Source: Octopus sinensis (lineage: Eukaryota). Taken from it: a DNA stretch of 64,000 bases. The stretch lies in contig NC_042997.1 of assembly GCF_006345805.1 (NCBI RefSeq), positions 31,124,001 to 31,188,000 on the forward strand, in the 5' to 3' direction. The translations under genes were made by a program, and so were the position numbers. The first letter of the stretch is position 1; every line of letters starts with the position of its first letter. This document shows, piece by piece, positions 11,984-24,057 of this stretch. The notes under the pieces are model-generated. The model was not told the DNA's origin. It ran no database searches and worked only from the letters and a program-made list of their open reading frames with translations.

Positions 11984-12941
11984 ATTTATAATTGTTAAAT
12001 TTTACTTTATATAAATTATTTTATGTATTGGATTAAGTCTTTCTTTGTTTGATTTGCATAATAGTGGTTTTGTCTCTATATAATATATATCTATATATAT
12101 ATATATTATAGAGAGAGAGAGAGAGAGAGAGAGAGGTGGAGAGAGAAGAAAAATGGAGTTAGGTACAAGTTATCCTATCGAACTCAAACAGTAGTTTGCT
12201 GATTGGTTTCCAGAGTTCGATTCACATACTATCCGTTATGCTGAGTGCTAATAGAAAATCAAAATAAGGTAGCTCTCTCATCGGTTTACATTTCAAAATC
12301 TGCAAACCCTTTCAAAACTGCACGAAAATATTGATGCTTTGGCAAAAACACCTTCGTACAAATAAATAAATGATGAATGAATAAATAAATAAATAATGAC
12401 GATTTTTCAGCATCTATGAATTTGGGAACAAAAGACAGAAAATGATTGAAGACAGCAACCAAATTGTTCTAAAATCACAACGTCTTAATTTTGATCTTGC
12501 ATATAGAAGGTAACGACCGTAAATTGCAAAATCCAACGTAGCATTTGTTTTGAATGAAATTTCTTCAGTTCTTTAATCCTTTAAATTAATGCTGTTCGTG
12601 ACTTGTTTGTACACTCAGTATGTTTGGTTATTTGTGATTCTCCACATTGATGCTTGTGAATTTGAAAATTGATCCATATTAATTCTTGTGAAATTGATTA
12701 ATCTATAATAATCTTTTCAAAACTTTTTTTACTTCTCCATTATAATCCGTGTTATTTTTTTTAAAACACGTACGATATCAGCCGGATTCTGAAAGACACT
12801 TTATAAATAAGCTATGACACGAAAATGGTTGATTTTGCGGTTATGTCATAGTATCATAGGCGCAGGTATATCCGTGTGGTTAAGGATAAATTGAAGAGTG
12901 CTTTAAAACTAGATCGGTAGATGTGTTGAAGCCCGACGTAC

Positions 12942-12977
<36 letters not shown>

Positions 12978-13000
12978 ATATTTATATATATATATATATA

Positions 13001-13398
13001 TACTAAGTAATTAAGGGTTTAGCAACGATTTGCCTCACCACACACCGAGTTTAGAAATAGCAGTCAAAGAGTTATAGCTATTCCTTCTACTAAAAGGGAG
13101 ATATCAGTAAAACCACAGCACTTGAAAGGTAAACGCAGGCAAGAGAGAAAGAAATGACGACAATCATACAATATATATATATATTATATATATATATAAT
13201 ATATATATATATATATTATATATATATATATATACTAAGTAATTAAGGGTTAGCAACGATTTGCCTCACCACACACCGAGTTTAGAAATAGCAGTCAAAG
13301 AGTTATAGCTATTCCTTCTACTAAAAGGGAGATATCAGTAAAACCACAGCACTTGAAAGGTAAACGCAGGCAAGAGAGAAAGAAATGACGACAATCAT

Positions 13399-13402
<4 letters not shown>
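13001..13402. repeat. Tandem duplication of a ~171-bp unique unit separated by (TA)n
   Basis: Copies at 13001-13171 and 13233-13402; one 1-bp indel seen (gggttt vs gggtt). Confidence 0.95.
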
Positions 13403-13449
<47 letters not shown>

Positions 13450-13452
<3 letters not shown>

Positions 13453-13630
13453 TTCAGCAAAATTTAGATTCAGATGAATATGGTACTTAAGTCAAAGGCA
13501 CCAGAATTTTGTATGGCATTGTCCATATAAATACATGGGGTGATTACAATCAAAATAAGCAACAAATATATCTGAGGTAATGTGGTACGATCGTTTCATG
13601 CTACTTCCTTTTATTAAACACTGTAAGCAT
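13450..13630. mobile_element. (TA)n-embedded repeat (probable PLE terminus) with the 3' half of a hammerhead on the minus strand
   Basis: A similar copy lies at 36699-36778. Minus strand 13582-13604 reads GTAGCAT-GAAA-CGATCG-TA-CCAC; the CUGANGA half is missing. Confidence 0.5.
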
Positions 13631-13957
13631 ATATATATATATATATATAATATTTATGAAGAAACCACAAGGTTTTATAAGTTACGGAGACAAAGCGATT
13701 ATGAAAGTCTATTAGTACAATGATAACTATATATCATAATAATAGTATATATACTCCAATTTAAAGCGACATTTATTTATAAACAATCGACTGAAAAATG
13801 ATGAGCTAACCCAAGTCAGAATTGAACCCACAAGTCAACGCTAAAAATTGATCAACGCTTACACGGATCCTTGTCATCTAATAGGACCAAACGCTCACCA
13901 ATCAATTTCAGCCAAATTTTATGAATATATACTTCAACTGTCCTGCACTACATATAA

Positions 13958-14421
13958 TATTGGGTCATTCCATAAATAATGCGATATTTTCAATTGCATG
14001 AGCTAAAAGTCGGAGGGGCAGGATAAGCCGCCTGCATCAACTTGCTATAAAAGCAGGTAGTAATTTTATCTTGACTTATTCTTAGTGCAGTTCGATTTTA
14101 ACAGTTATTTTTTCAAAGCTATAATGGAAGTAACAAAGGAGCATACTCGGCATATTTTGCATCATGAGTTCAATTAAGGCAACAACGCAACGGAAAGTGC
14201 GAGGAATATTATTGCAGTATATCGGGGTCGCACAATAAGCGTAAGCCAGTGTCAATAGTGGTTCCAGAAATTCTGAACCGGAAACAACAGCCTAGAAGAC
14301 GAGCCTCATCCTGGAAGATGTGTAACGCGCGTCGAGGACGACCTGCAAACCCTGATGAAACAAAATCTCATCGTGTCTGTTGAGGGACTAGCAGAGAAGC
14401 TTGGATGTGGTCATTCAACCA
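13958..14421 (+). mobile_element. Mariner 5' half (left TIR, TATA-like site, N-terminal HTH), 3' part lost
   Basis: Starts tattgggtcattccataa, related to the 35209 TIR. From ATG 14124: MEVTKEHTRHILHHEFN*GNNATESARNIIAVYRGRTISVSQCQ*WFQKF*TGNNSLEDEPHPGR...VEGLAEKLGCGHST. Confidence 0.85.
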
Positions 14422-14447
14422 ATGATTCAAGTCAGCACTAGAAAAAA

Positions 14448-14478
<31 letters not shown>

Positions 14479-14480
14479 TA

Positions 14481-14629
14481 TTCAGGTCATTGCCTTGAAT
14501 CGAACTCGGAATATTGGGGTTAGTAGCCCGCGCTCTTAAACACTACACCATATGCCCGTGGGCGTAGTGGTGAAGATCGCAGGCTACTAACCTCAAGATT
14601 CCGAGTTCGATTCCAGGCAATGACCTGAA
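14481..14629. mobile_element. Head-to-head palindromic dimer of a tRNA-like unit between (ATT)n and (AAT)n
   Basis: Left arm 14481-14549 and right arm 14561-14629 are reverse complements with about 8 mismatches in 69 bp. Each arm has an A-box-like GGYGTAGTG, a B box GAGTTCGATTC and a CTACTAA anticodon-like loop. Confidence 0.85.
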
Positions 14630-14712
14630 TAATAGTAGTAATAATAATAATAACAATAATAATAATAATAATAATAATGATGACGATGATGATGATGATG
14701 ATGATTATAATG

Positions 14713-14750
<38 letters not shown>

Positions 14751-14869
14751 GGTAACAACAAAAACAACATCGAAAAATACCTGGCGTCTATGTAATCGAC
14801 TAGTCCTTCCCGCCTAAATTTAAGGTTTTGTGCCTCCAGTAGTAAGGATTATTGTTACTACTAAAACCA

Positions 14870-15243
14870 CGAGCTGGCAGAAACGTTAGCACGCCGGGTG
14901 AAATGCTTAGCGGCATTTCGTCTGCCGTTACGTTCTGAGTTCAAATTCCGCCGAGGTCGACTTTGCCTTTCATCCTTTCGGGGTCGGTAAATAAAGTACC
15001 AGTTACGCACTGGGGTCGATGTAATCGACTTAATCCGTTTGTCTGTCCTTTTTTTTGTCCTCTCTGTGCTTAGACCCTTGTGGGTAGTAAAGAAATAGGT
15101 ATTTCGTCCGCCGTCACGTTCTAAGTTCAAATTCCGCCGGGGTCGTCTTTGCCATTCATCCCTTCAGGGTCGATGAAATAAGTACCAGTGAAACACTGGG
15201 GTCGATGTAAAATTTCAAGCCTTGTGCCTTCAGTAGAAATGAT
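14870..15243 (+). mobile_element. Meta-like SINE concatemer (head plus two bodies)
   Basis: Junction aaagaaatag|gtatttcgtc at 15098/15099. Confidence 0.9.
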
Positions 15244-15285
15244 TATTATTATTATCATTATTATTATTATTATTATATTATTATT

Positions 15286-15594
15286 GAGTGAGAGAGCAGT
15301 TCATGCCATCAAAGTGACACTGGGGTAAAATATACGAAGCCCAATATACCCATCATGACTACCCGTCTGATAAAGGTACACCAGGCACATGCATCACAAC
15401 CATATGTGCGCGACATGGTGATCTCATATCAAGATAAACAGCACATGACCTTGCAGGTGGGGCCCAGTTAGAATTTTCTTCAGGTTGAGTAGCCCATCCT
15501 GCTCAAAAGGTCCTTGAATAAGGGTTGCTTTAGGATGTTGAACGAAACACCTATGTTTCCAGAGGTGAACCATTCAAACTCCAAAGAATCCCTC
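15286..15594. mobile_element. Unclassified interspersed repeat fragment bounded by (ATT)n on both sides
   Basis: GC-richer non-coding block between ATT arrays; family not identifiable from this window. Confidence 0.35.
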
Positions 15595-15651
<57 letters not shown>

Positions 15652-17111
15652 GTTACTGGTGGTGGTGTTATTGGTGAAAACTGGAGAGAAAGCTAATTTT
15701 TCATCAGGATCATATTAACTACATTACGTGTTCCACCAGTACTAAGATGTAACATAATTGATGGGAACTTAACAGAATAGGAAACGATAGAATAGAAGAC
15801 AAAAAGTTGTAATATCTACACAATATTTATTTTCAGTCCGTTAATATCTTGTTATTCTCTCGTGGTCTTGGGGTTCAGGAGGAGGAGGCGATTGGTGGAA
15901 GAAAAATTACAAGAAAACAACAACAGCAACAACAAAAAAAAAATGTCAAAACAAAATGAGAAACAAAATCAGAATAGAAATGAACAAAAATGAAAGACGC
16001 AAAGAAGGAATTAGTGAATGTCAAAGGAATGCCTAATATTTAATCGGTTTTAGAAATGGCAGAGAAAAACTGTCGCCTATTAAATACCGGCTTGATCTAT
16101 TCTAGATTGGTAGAGTTTTGCACACATTGTAGTGAAAAAAAAAACAAAAAAATAACAACCAAAAAACAAAACAGCAACAAAAACCAAAAACAAAAAACTC
16201 TACTCAAATAAACGAAGCTTAGAATATTGTGGTTGTCTTCAGTGGAATAGAACATTTGAAAGTCTTATCTCTATTTTGAGCAAAATGCATGTATATATTT
16301 AGGTTTACATCTCTCTCTCTCTCTCTCTCTCTCGCTCGCTCGCTTTCTCTGTGTATGTATGGCTATATCTAGCCTATATGTGTACACCAGTAGGCATACG
16401 ACGTGAACTAAATGTATGAAATACATTAATACACAAACGTATGCATAGCTTTACACGCCAGTGTCTTTGGCAATTGTGTAAACGGATTCGATTAGTTATT
16501 CGACAAATATTCACTTGGCAATCGAGAAGAAATTACACAAGACAAAACTAACGCTTTAATTGTTTCTATGTGTGTGCAGGTTTATTATTACACCCAATGT
16601 TACATACATGAGACGTGTATAGATTTAGACATGCATACATAAATGTGCGCACAATTGCACACACACACACACACACTTGGTTGTACAAATAACTGACACA
16701 ACAGCACACATACAAGTACTGAGCTGGTTGTTTTTTTTGTTTTAAGAATTACATCATATGTATATCTATGTGTATATATATTATATATATATATTATATA
16801 TATATATATATACATATATATTTACATATACATATATATATATATATCACACATAATATACATATACATATATATATAAATATATATATACACATTATAT
16901 ACATATATGCACATATATTATGTATGCATGTGTATATGTATGTATGTATAGTTGGATAGATAGATGGATGCATGGACGGATTATATGATTGTCTGTTTAG
17001 ACATATATATATTTATATGAATTGTATATGCATATGCATATATGTATATATGTAGTATATATATATATATATGTATTGTATATGTATTCATATACATATT
17101 TTTGTGTGTGA

Positions 17112-17152
<41 letters not shown>

Positions 17153-17589
17153 AACGTGTGTGTATTAATTTAACTTTCTTACATTACATCTTCGAGTTTT
17201 GATATGAATGCACACATAGACGTACTCACTCGTGCGCATGCATGCATACATATCTAGCCACACCACCACGTACGCACGCACACATGTAATTACATGCATA
17301 GGTTAGTATTTACAGAAATATCTCTGTATTACTTATTTTTATACATTTGTGTGTACACTTGTACATATATGTACGAACAGGTGCGGTGAAGTGATTATGA
17401 AATTTTTTCGGAACCATTGAGCCCTTTGTTCGATCCCATTGCAAGTTAGCTTAAAGTAGCGTTCTTTATTATAACCTTGCGCTTTTCTAAAACTTACGAA
17501 TGAAATTTAGCTGGTGGGTGCGTAGTGGAAGTCCTGCGGATGGCCCTCACTTGTAATCGCAAATGTCAGCGTTCACACAAATTGTTACT

Positions 17590-17790
17590 CTCTTTTACTT
17601 GTTTCAGTCATTTGACTGCGGTCATGCTGGAGCACCGCCTTTAGTCGAGCAAATCGACCCCGGGACTTATTCTTTGTAAGCTCAGTACTTATTCTATCGG
17701 TCTCTTTTGCCGAACCGCTAAGTGACGGGGACGTAAACACACCAGCATCGGTTGTTAAGCAATGCTAGTGGGACAAACACAGACACACAA

Positions 17791-17821
<31 letters not shown>

Positions 17822-17995
17822 CATATATATGACAGGCTTCTTTCAGTTTCCGTCTACCAAATCCACACACAAGGCATTGGTCGGCCCGGGGCTATAGCAG
17901 AAGACACTTGCCCAAGATGCCACGCAGTGGGACTGAACCCGGAACCATGTGGTTGGTTAGCAAGCTACTTACCACACAGCCACTCCTGCGCCTAT
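17590..17995 (-). mobile_element. Family A SINE, full length
   Basis: tRNA-like head (minus strand ataggcgcaggagtggctgtgtggtaag...gggttcagtcc), CORE-like cttgggcaagtgtctt, internal (CA/TA)n, 3' tail. Confidence 0.9.
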
Positions 17996-18150
17996 ATATA
18001 TTGATTCTTTTTGATAATTAGCTTTAAAATATGGCGCATTTAGCTGCTGAAACGTTAATTCAATGAGAAAGTGGTCAAGTTGATCAGACAACTGAATACT
18101 CACCGCTTGAACCGACGGAGGTCCGTTATTTACAAGGACTTGCACACACA

Positions 18151-18181
<31 letters not shown>

Positions 18182-18943
18182 CACATTCTTTCTCACACTC
18201 TCTCCGATTCTCTCTACCTCACACATACACGTTTGTGTACGCATATTTGTTTCCATCTATGATCGTCTCTTTCTTTATATCTACACGAAATATATTGCGC
18301 ATCTTATTATTATTTTTTTCTTTCGTTTTACTCTAATATGATACTCCGTAATTTATTTACAGCGAGCCTAAAATATATGCCTTCAAAACCAAAGTATTTA
18401 ATTCCGTAAATAATTCGGATATGTCATCCGTATTCGCAAAAAAAAAAAAGAAAAGACAAACTACATAAATAAATAAAGGAAGAAAATAAACCCATAGCAA
18501 AAACAAGCAAGAATGAAAGCATTATTAGCCATCGTCACTGCATATTTTATTCTAGTTCAGCTTGTTAATGCTCCATTAATTAAATATTGCTGACATCGAA
18601 AAGCTAAGTAGTTTTAGACTTCACTTCAGAACTTTTTATTTTATTGGATTTCGGTGAAATACATTTATTTAATTCAACGTTTTTAATATCAGTTTAATCA
18701 CTTCTATTACTGAAATTACATCCCTTAATTCTTTCTTTTCATTTTCTACGTTCAGTTTGTGGTATATATAAACGAGATCTGAAGCACCAGAGTATCGTTT
18801 TTGTGTTGCTCACACACCACACGTAAAAGTACACAAACATGAGAACACATCTACACACACACGTACACACACAAATACACGCATACATACACATACATAA
18901 TTTGTTTGGTTAATATGAAATACACGCATACATACACATATAA

Positions 18944-19562
18944 AAGGCGGCGAGCTGGCAGAAACGTTAGCACGCCGGGCGAAATGCTTCACGGTAATTC
19001 GTCTGCCGTTACTTTCTGAGTTCTAATTCCGCCGAGGTCAACTTTGCCTTTCATCCTTTCGGGGTCGATAAATTAAGTACCAGTTACGCACTGGGGTCGA
19101 TGTCATCGACTTAATCCATTTGTCTGTCCTTGTTTGTCCCCTCTGTGTTTAGCCCCTTGTGGGTAATAAAGAAATAGGTACTTCGTCTGACTTTACGTTC
19201 TGAGTTATAATTCCGCCGAGGTCAACTTTGCCTTTCATCCTTTCGGGGTCGATAAATTAAGTACCAATTACGCACTGGGGTCGATGTAATCGAATTAATC
19301 CGTTTGTCTGTCCTTGTTTGTCCCCTCTATGTTTAGCCCCTTGTGGGCAATAAAGAAATAAGAATCGTTAGCACGTTAGGAAAAATGCTCAGCGGCAATT
19401 CGTTCGTCTTCACGTCCTGAGTTCAAATTCCACCGAGGTCGAATTTGCCTTTCATCCTTTCGGGGGTCGATAAATTAAGTACCAGTTATGCACTGGGGTC
19501 GATGTAATCGACATACCTTTTTCCTTTGAAATTGCTCGTCATATGCCAAAATTTGAAATCTA
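18944..19562 (+). mobile_element. Meta-like SINE trimer
   Basis: Junctions at 19177/19178 (aaagaaatag|gtacttcgtc) and about 19360. Confidence 0.9.
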
Positions 19563-19690
19563 TATGAAAGTCATGGCCACTGACGAATTACTTTCGTTGT
19601 AACCTCTTTTCCATGTGTTTATATATATGTGTATAAGTATAGATGTATACGTGTGTGTGTGTATATATATATATAGCACTGTGTTTATGT

Positions 19691-20544
19691 CTTTTATCTC
19701 TTACTTGATTCGGTCATTAGACTGCGGCCATGCTGGAGCACCGCCTTGAATAAACTTGAGTCGAACAATTCGATCCCAGTACTCATTTTAAAGTCGGGTA
19801 CAAATTCCATCGGCTACTTTTGACGCACCACTAATGTTAATGGATGTAAACAAACCAACGTTGGTTGTAAAGCGATGGTTTGGAACAAACCCAAAGACAA
19901 ACAAACGCGCGTGTGCATACACACATACACATTTACATACACACACTTACACACACGCGCGCACATACTCATTTCTTTCAGTTTCCTACTGCTAGATTCA
20001 CGACGCAGCAATTGCCGTGGGGCTATAGTAGAAGACACTCGCCCAAGGTACCACACTGTGGGACTGAACTTGGAATCACGTGGTTGGGAAGCAAGCTTCT
20101 TCCCACACGGGCACGTCTGTGTGTGTATGTGTGTGTGTGTTTGTGTGTGTATTTGTATGTTTGTCTGTGTGTTTGTGTGCTTGTGTATATGTGTGTGCAT
20201 ATATACACATGGTTCCGGGTTCAGTCCCACTGCGTGGCACCTTGGGGAAGTGTCTTCTACTATAGCCTCAAGTCGACCAAAGCCTTGTGAGTGGATTTGG
20301 TAGACGGAAACTGAAAGAAGCCCGTCGTATATATGTATATGTATATATATATGTGTGTGTGTGTTTATGTGTCTGTGTTTGTCCCCGCCAACATCACTTG
20401 ACAACCGATGCTGGTATGTTTACGTCCCCGTCACTTAGCTGTTCGGCAAAATAGACCGATAGAATAAGTACAAGGCTTACAAAGAATAAATCCTTGGGTC
20501 GATTTGCTCGATTAAAGACGGTGTTCCAGCATGGTCGCAGTCAA
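19691..20544. mobile_element. Two family A SINEs in inverted orientation (19691-20110 minus; 20206-20544 plus)
   Basis: Reverse-complement match of gtggatttggtagacggaaactgaaagaag and of the tails. Confidence 0.85.
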
Positions 20545-20808
20545 AGATATACACACACAAACACACACACACACGTACATACAGTCAGTAAGTGAGATCA
20601 AGAGATGCTCAAAATAGAAGATACGTCATAGTGCTCAAATGATTTGAACTTGCAATCCGGAGTTTTTATCGAGGACAAAGCCTGCAGGATTAAGAGTGGC
20701 TGTATGAGAATGCAGGTGAGATGATATGGAGATAGTGATGCAGATAAACACGAATGGCCTTGATATATTAAATAAGCATGCATATACACATATAGAAATA
20801 TATATATA

Positions 20809-21033
20809 AGGATAATCCAAACATGAAAACGCAAAGAGAAAACACAACAACGCTAGGACGTTGAACAAGTATAGTATTATTGGACGCCCAGGAAAGGAAA
20901 GAAAGAAGGAGGATTTAACGTTTCGAGCGGAGCTCTTCGTCAGAAACATAGGAAAAGGAAAGATCCAAGGAAGAGAAGACATAGGAAAAAATCGCCGACG
21001 GTACACACGCGGTCACATTTTGAATGACCGGAA

Positions 21034-21036
<3 letters not shown>
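20809..21036 (-). mobile_element. Second copy of the hammerhead-bearing unit in (TA)n
   Basis: Reverse complement of 11026-11217 with small indels. Confidence 0.8.
20913..20947 (-). ncRNA. Minimal type I hammerhead ribozyme motif
   Basis: Minus strand GTTT-CTGACGA-A-GAGC tcc GCTC-GAAA-CG-TT-AAAT. Confidence 0.65.
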
Positions 21037-21067
<31 letters not shown>

Positions 21068-21462
21068 ATATATATATATATATATGTAGAGAGAGAAACA
21101 AAAGCCGAGAACATTCAAAAGGCGAACAAACATTTGTAAGCATATAAATATTGATAAACTTACAGAAGAAATTTACATGGAGTACCAAGGATACAGAAAA
21201 TAAGAGAATAATTCATGGTAATTTAAATCAAACAGCTGTTTCTGTGATCTAGCAATCATCTAATAGCTGTAGTGTGCACAAAGAGCTGATAGAATGTGAA
21301 AAAAACTCAAGGATATGCAACCAGTAGAAGGATGCGTATAAACAATAATATGATACAGCTTCCTTCGTCAGGGGCTACGATTGGCAAATATGTAAATATC
21401 TATTCGCTTATGCATAAGCGCTCATCTGCCGAATAATTACTGTTTCTGTTTCTCTCTCTTTC

Positions 21463-21538
<76 letters not shown>

Positions 21539-21637
21539 GCGCATATGCAGGTATGTGCACTTTATAAATCAAGCCCAAACCTGTTTCTCTACACCACACT
21601 CTCTCTTAATATGTGTTTATATATATATATATATATT

Positions 21638-21670
<33 letters not shown>

Positions 21671-22200
21671 TTATATATATATATGTATACATAATATAGA
21701 TAGATATGACATACATACATACATATATATACATATATATTCATACATATACATACATACATACATACATACATACATACTTACACACATACATATCCCT
21801 GTATACCTGTATCGACCAGACTATCGGTTTTTCTTATATATCCCCAGTCACAATGCGCTTACAATTCTTTCTTGATTGCACCATTCTTTTACATTTTGTC
21901 CAACTGTAAGTGTACGTGTGTGTGTGTGTACTTGTGTGTGTATGGAGGGAATGGGCGAGTACCTCTGTGGGTGTCTCTATATTGTTATCGCCTTCGTCTA
22001 GGCTAGGCTTCGCAACAATAAAATAGAAATATAACTACAACATTTACAGGTATATCGAATCGTGTATTTTTGCATTCAAGAACTACATTGTGGAAAGATT
22101 TCTCTCATTTTTACGAAGGTTGTACCCTTTGTAAGATTTAGCTGATATTTCTTGACCATCGATATACCACTTCAAGGTTCAAAACGAATATATATAAATA

Positions 22201-22251
22201 CATCATCATCATCATCATCATCATCACCATCATCATCATCACCATCATCAT

Positions 22252-22315
<64 letters not shown>

Positions 22316-22683
22316 GTTTAACGTCCGCTTTCCAAGCTAGCATGGGTTGGACGATTTGACTGAGGACTGGCGAACCAGATGGGTGCGCCAGGCTCCACTC
22401 TGATCTGGCAGAGTTTCTACAGCTGGATGCCCTTCCTAACGCCAAACACTCCGAGAGTGTAGTGGGTGCTTTTACGTGCCACCGGTACTCGGGACAGTTA
22501 GGTGGTACTGGCAACAGCCACGCTCAAATGGTGTTTTTTACGTGTCACTGCACAGGAGCCAGTCCAGCGGCACTCGCTCGATGTTTTTTTCACGTGCCAC
22601 CGGCACAAGTGCCAGTAAGGCGACGCTGGTAACTATCACGCACGAATGGTGCTTTTTACGTGCCACCGGCACGGAAGCCAGTT
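22201..22683 (-). mobile_element. LINE-type 3' tail retroposon with (GAT)n tail and internal ~60-bp tandem units
   Basis: Minus strand ...ggcgttaggaagggcatccagctgtagaaac...ggacgttaaacgat(gat)n; four related copies of gtgrcacgtraaaa. A second copy lies at 50055-50238. Clade not assigned. Confidence 0.7.
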
Positions 22684-22721
22684 AGCTTGTTAGTCAGTTA
22701 CTTAGCCATTTAGTTAGCCAC

Positions 22722-22760
<39 letters not shown>

Positions 22761-23149
22761 TGAATTTATGTGTGTGTGTGCGTGTGTGTGTGTGGGTATG
22801 TGTGTGCGCGCGCGTTATATGTGGTATATGTGAGTAATGTGAATATACATTACTATCAATGTCTTCACGCGCGTGAGCACGAGTATATATGTGTGTTTAT
22901 GGATGCGTCTGCTTGTGCACGCGTACACACACATATACATTCGCACATGCACTTACTCAAAGCAGAAATAAATATTTATCGATATTTATGTGTGTATATA
23001 AATGCATATATACATATATGTAAGTATATATATATGCATACATATATACATATATGTATGCATATATGTATATATAACACACACACACGCACGTATATAA
23101 GCACACCTAAGTAATATTTGTGTGTATACACAAACACACACACACATGT

Positions 23150-23277
23150 TTATTTCAGTATTTCCCTTATTTAAGCTCCGTCAGCAGGAGATAATAGAAA
23201 TAAAATCAGGATTTACGGCAGGCGTTAAATCCATTTATTTTTCCTCTAAACTTTGTAAATCACCACGCAACAGTCTT
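23150..23277. repeat. ~130-bp interspersed repeat, copy 1 (copy 2 at 27961-28090)
   Basis: ttatttcagtatttcccttatttaagctccgtcagcagg...caccacgcaacagtctt is near-identical in both copies; both lie next to microsatellites. Confidence 0.9.
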
Positions 23278-23338
23278 TTCCAATTTCAGACACATCGACA
23301 CTCGGACATTAACTTATGATTTGCGTCGATAAATGCTT

Positions 23339-23423
<85 letters not shown>

Positions 23424-23595
23424 ACACACACACACACGCAAAACCCATTCGCACGCACACACACACACACAAACCCATTCGCACGCACAAGTACACAAAC
23501 ACACACAACTCTCTATATATGTACAAATCTCCCTTTCTGTATCTCCTATATACATACATACATACATACATACATACATACATTCATGCCTATAT

Positions 23596-23630
23596 AAGAT
23601 TCCGAGTTCGATTCCAGGCAGTGACCTGAA
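23596..23630 (+). mobile_element. Isolated 3' part of the tRNA-like arm followed by (AAT)n
   Basis: aagattccgagttcgattccaggcagtgacctgaa matches the right arm at 14595-14629. Confidence 0.85.
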
Positions 23631-23674
23631 TAATAATAATAACAATAACAATAATAATAATAATAATAATAATG

Positions 23675-23717
<43 letters not shown>

Positions 23718-23719
23718 TG

Positions 23720-23793
<74 letters not shown>

Positions 23794-23799
23794 AAACTT

Positions 23800-24055
23800 G
23801 CCCTGATGCAGTACCAGGCAGTGGCTCTCATGACTTCTGAACTTAACTGATTGGAAGTGTTATCATGTACATTGTTTTGTCTTGGTATAAAAGATGGACT
23901 TCAACAAATATTCTGCTCATTACCTCAAATTTGCTTGCCAGTTGTTTGACTTTAACCAGTTGAGCATGTCCCTTAGTGGCTGACGATAGGTGCATCTCTG
24001 ATCACGAGCAGAAGTAGTGGGGGGGGGGGCATCATAACCGTGTGTTGAGAGGAAT
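23800..24055. mobile_element. Unclassified interspersed repeat fragment next to (GAT)n
   Basis: Non-coding block abutting the PLE relic; family not identified. Confidence 0.35.
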
Positions 24056-24057
24056 GG

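Noticed and set aside
14481-14629. Arms as genuine tRNA-Ser genes
   Set aside because: No proper acceptor stem or long variable arm, and the arms run into (AAT)n; they are tRNA-derived only.
15286-24055. Fragments 15286-15594 and 23800-24055 as two halves of one element
   Set aside because: The only in-window link is a ~8-bp imperfect overlap (atccctc / attcctctc), which is too short.
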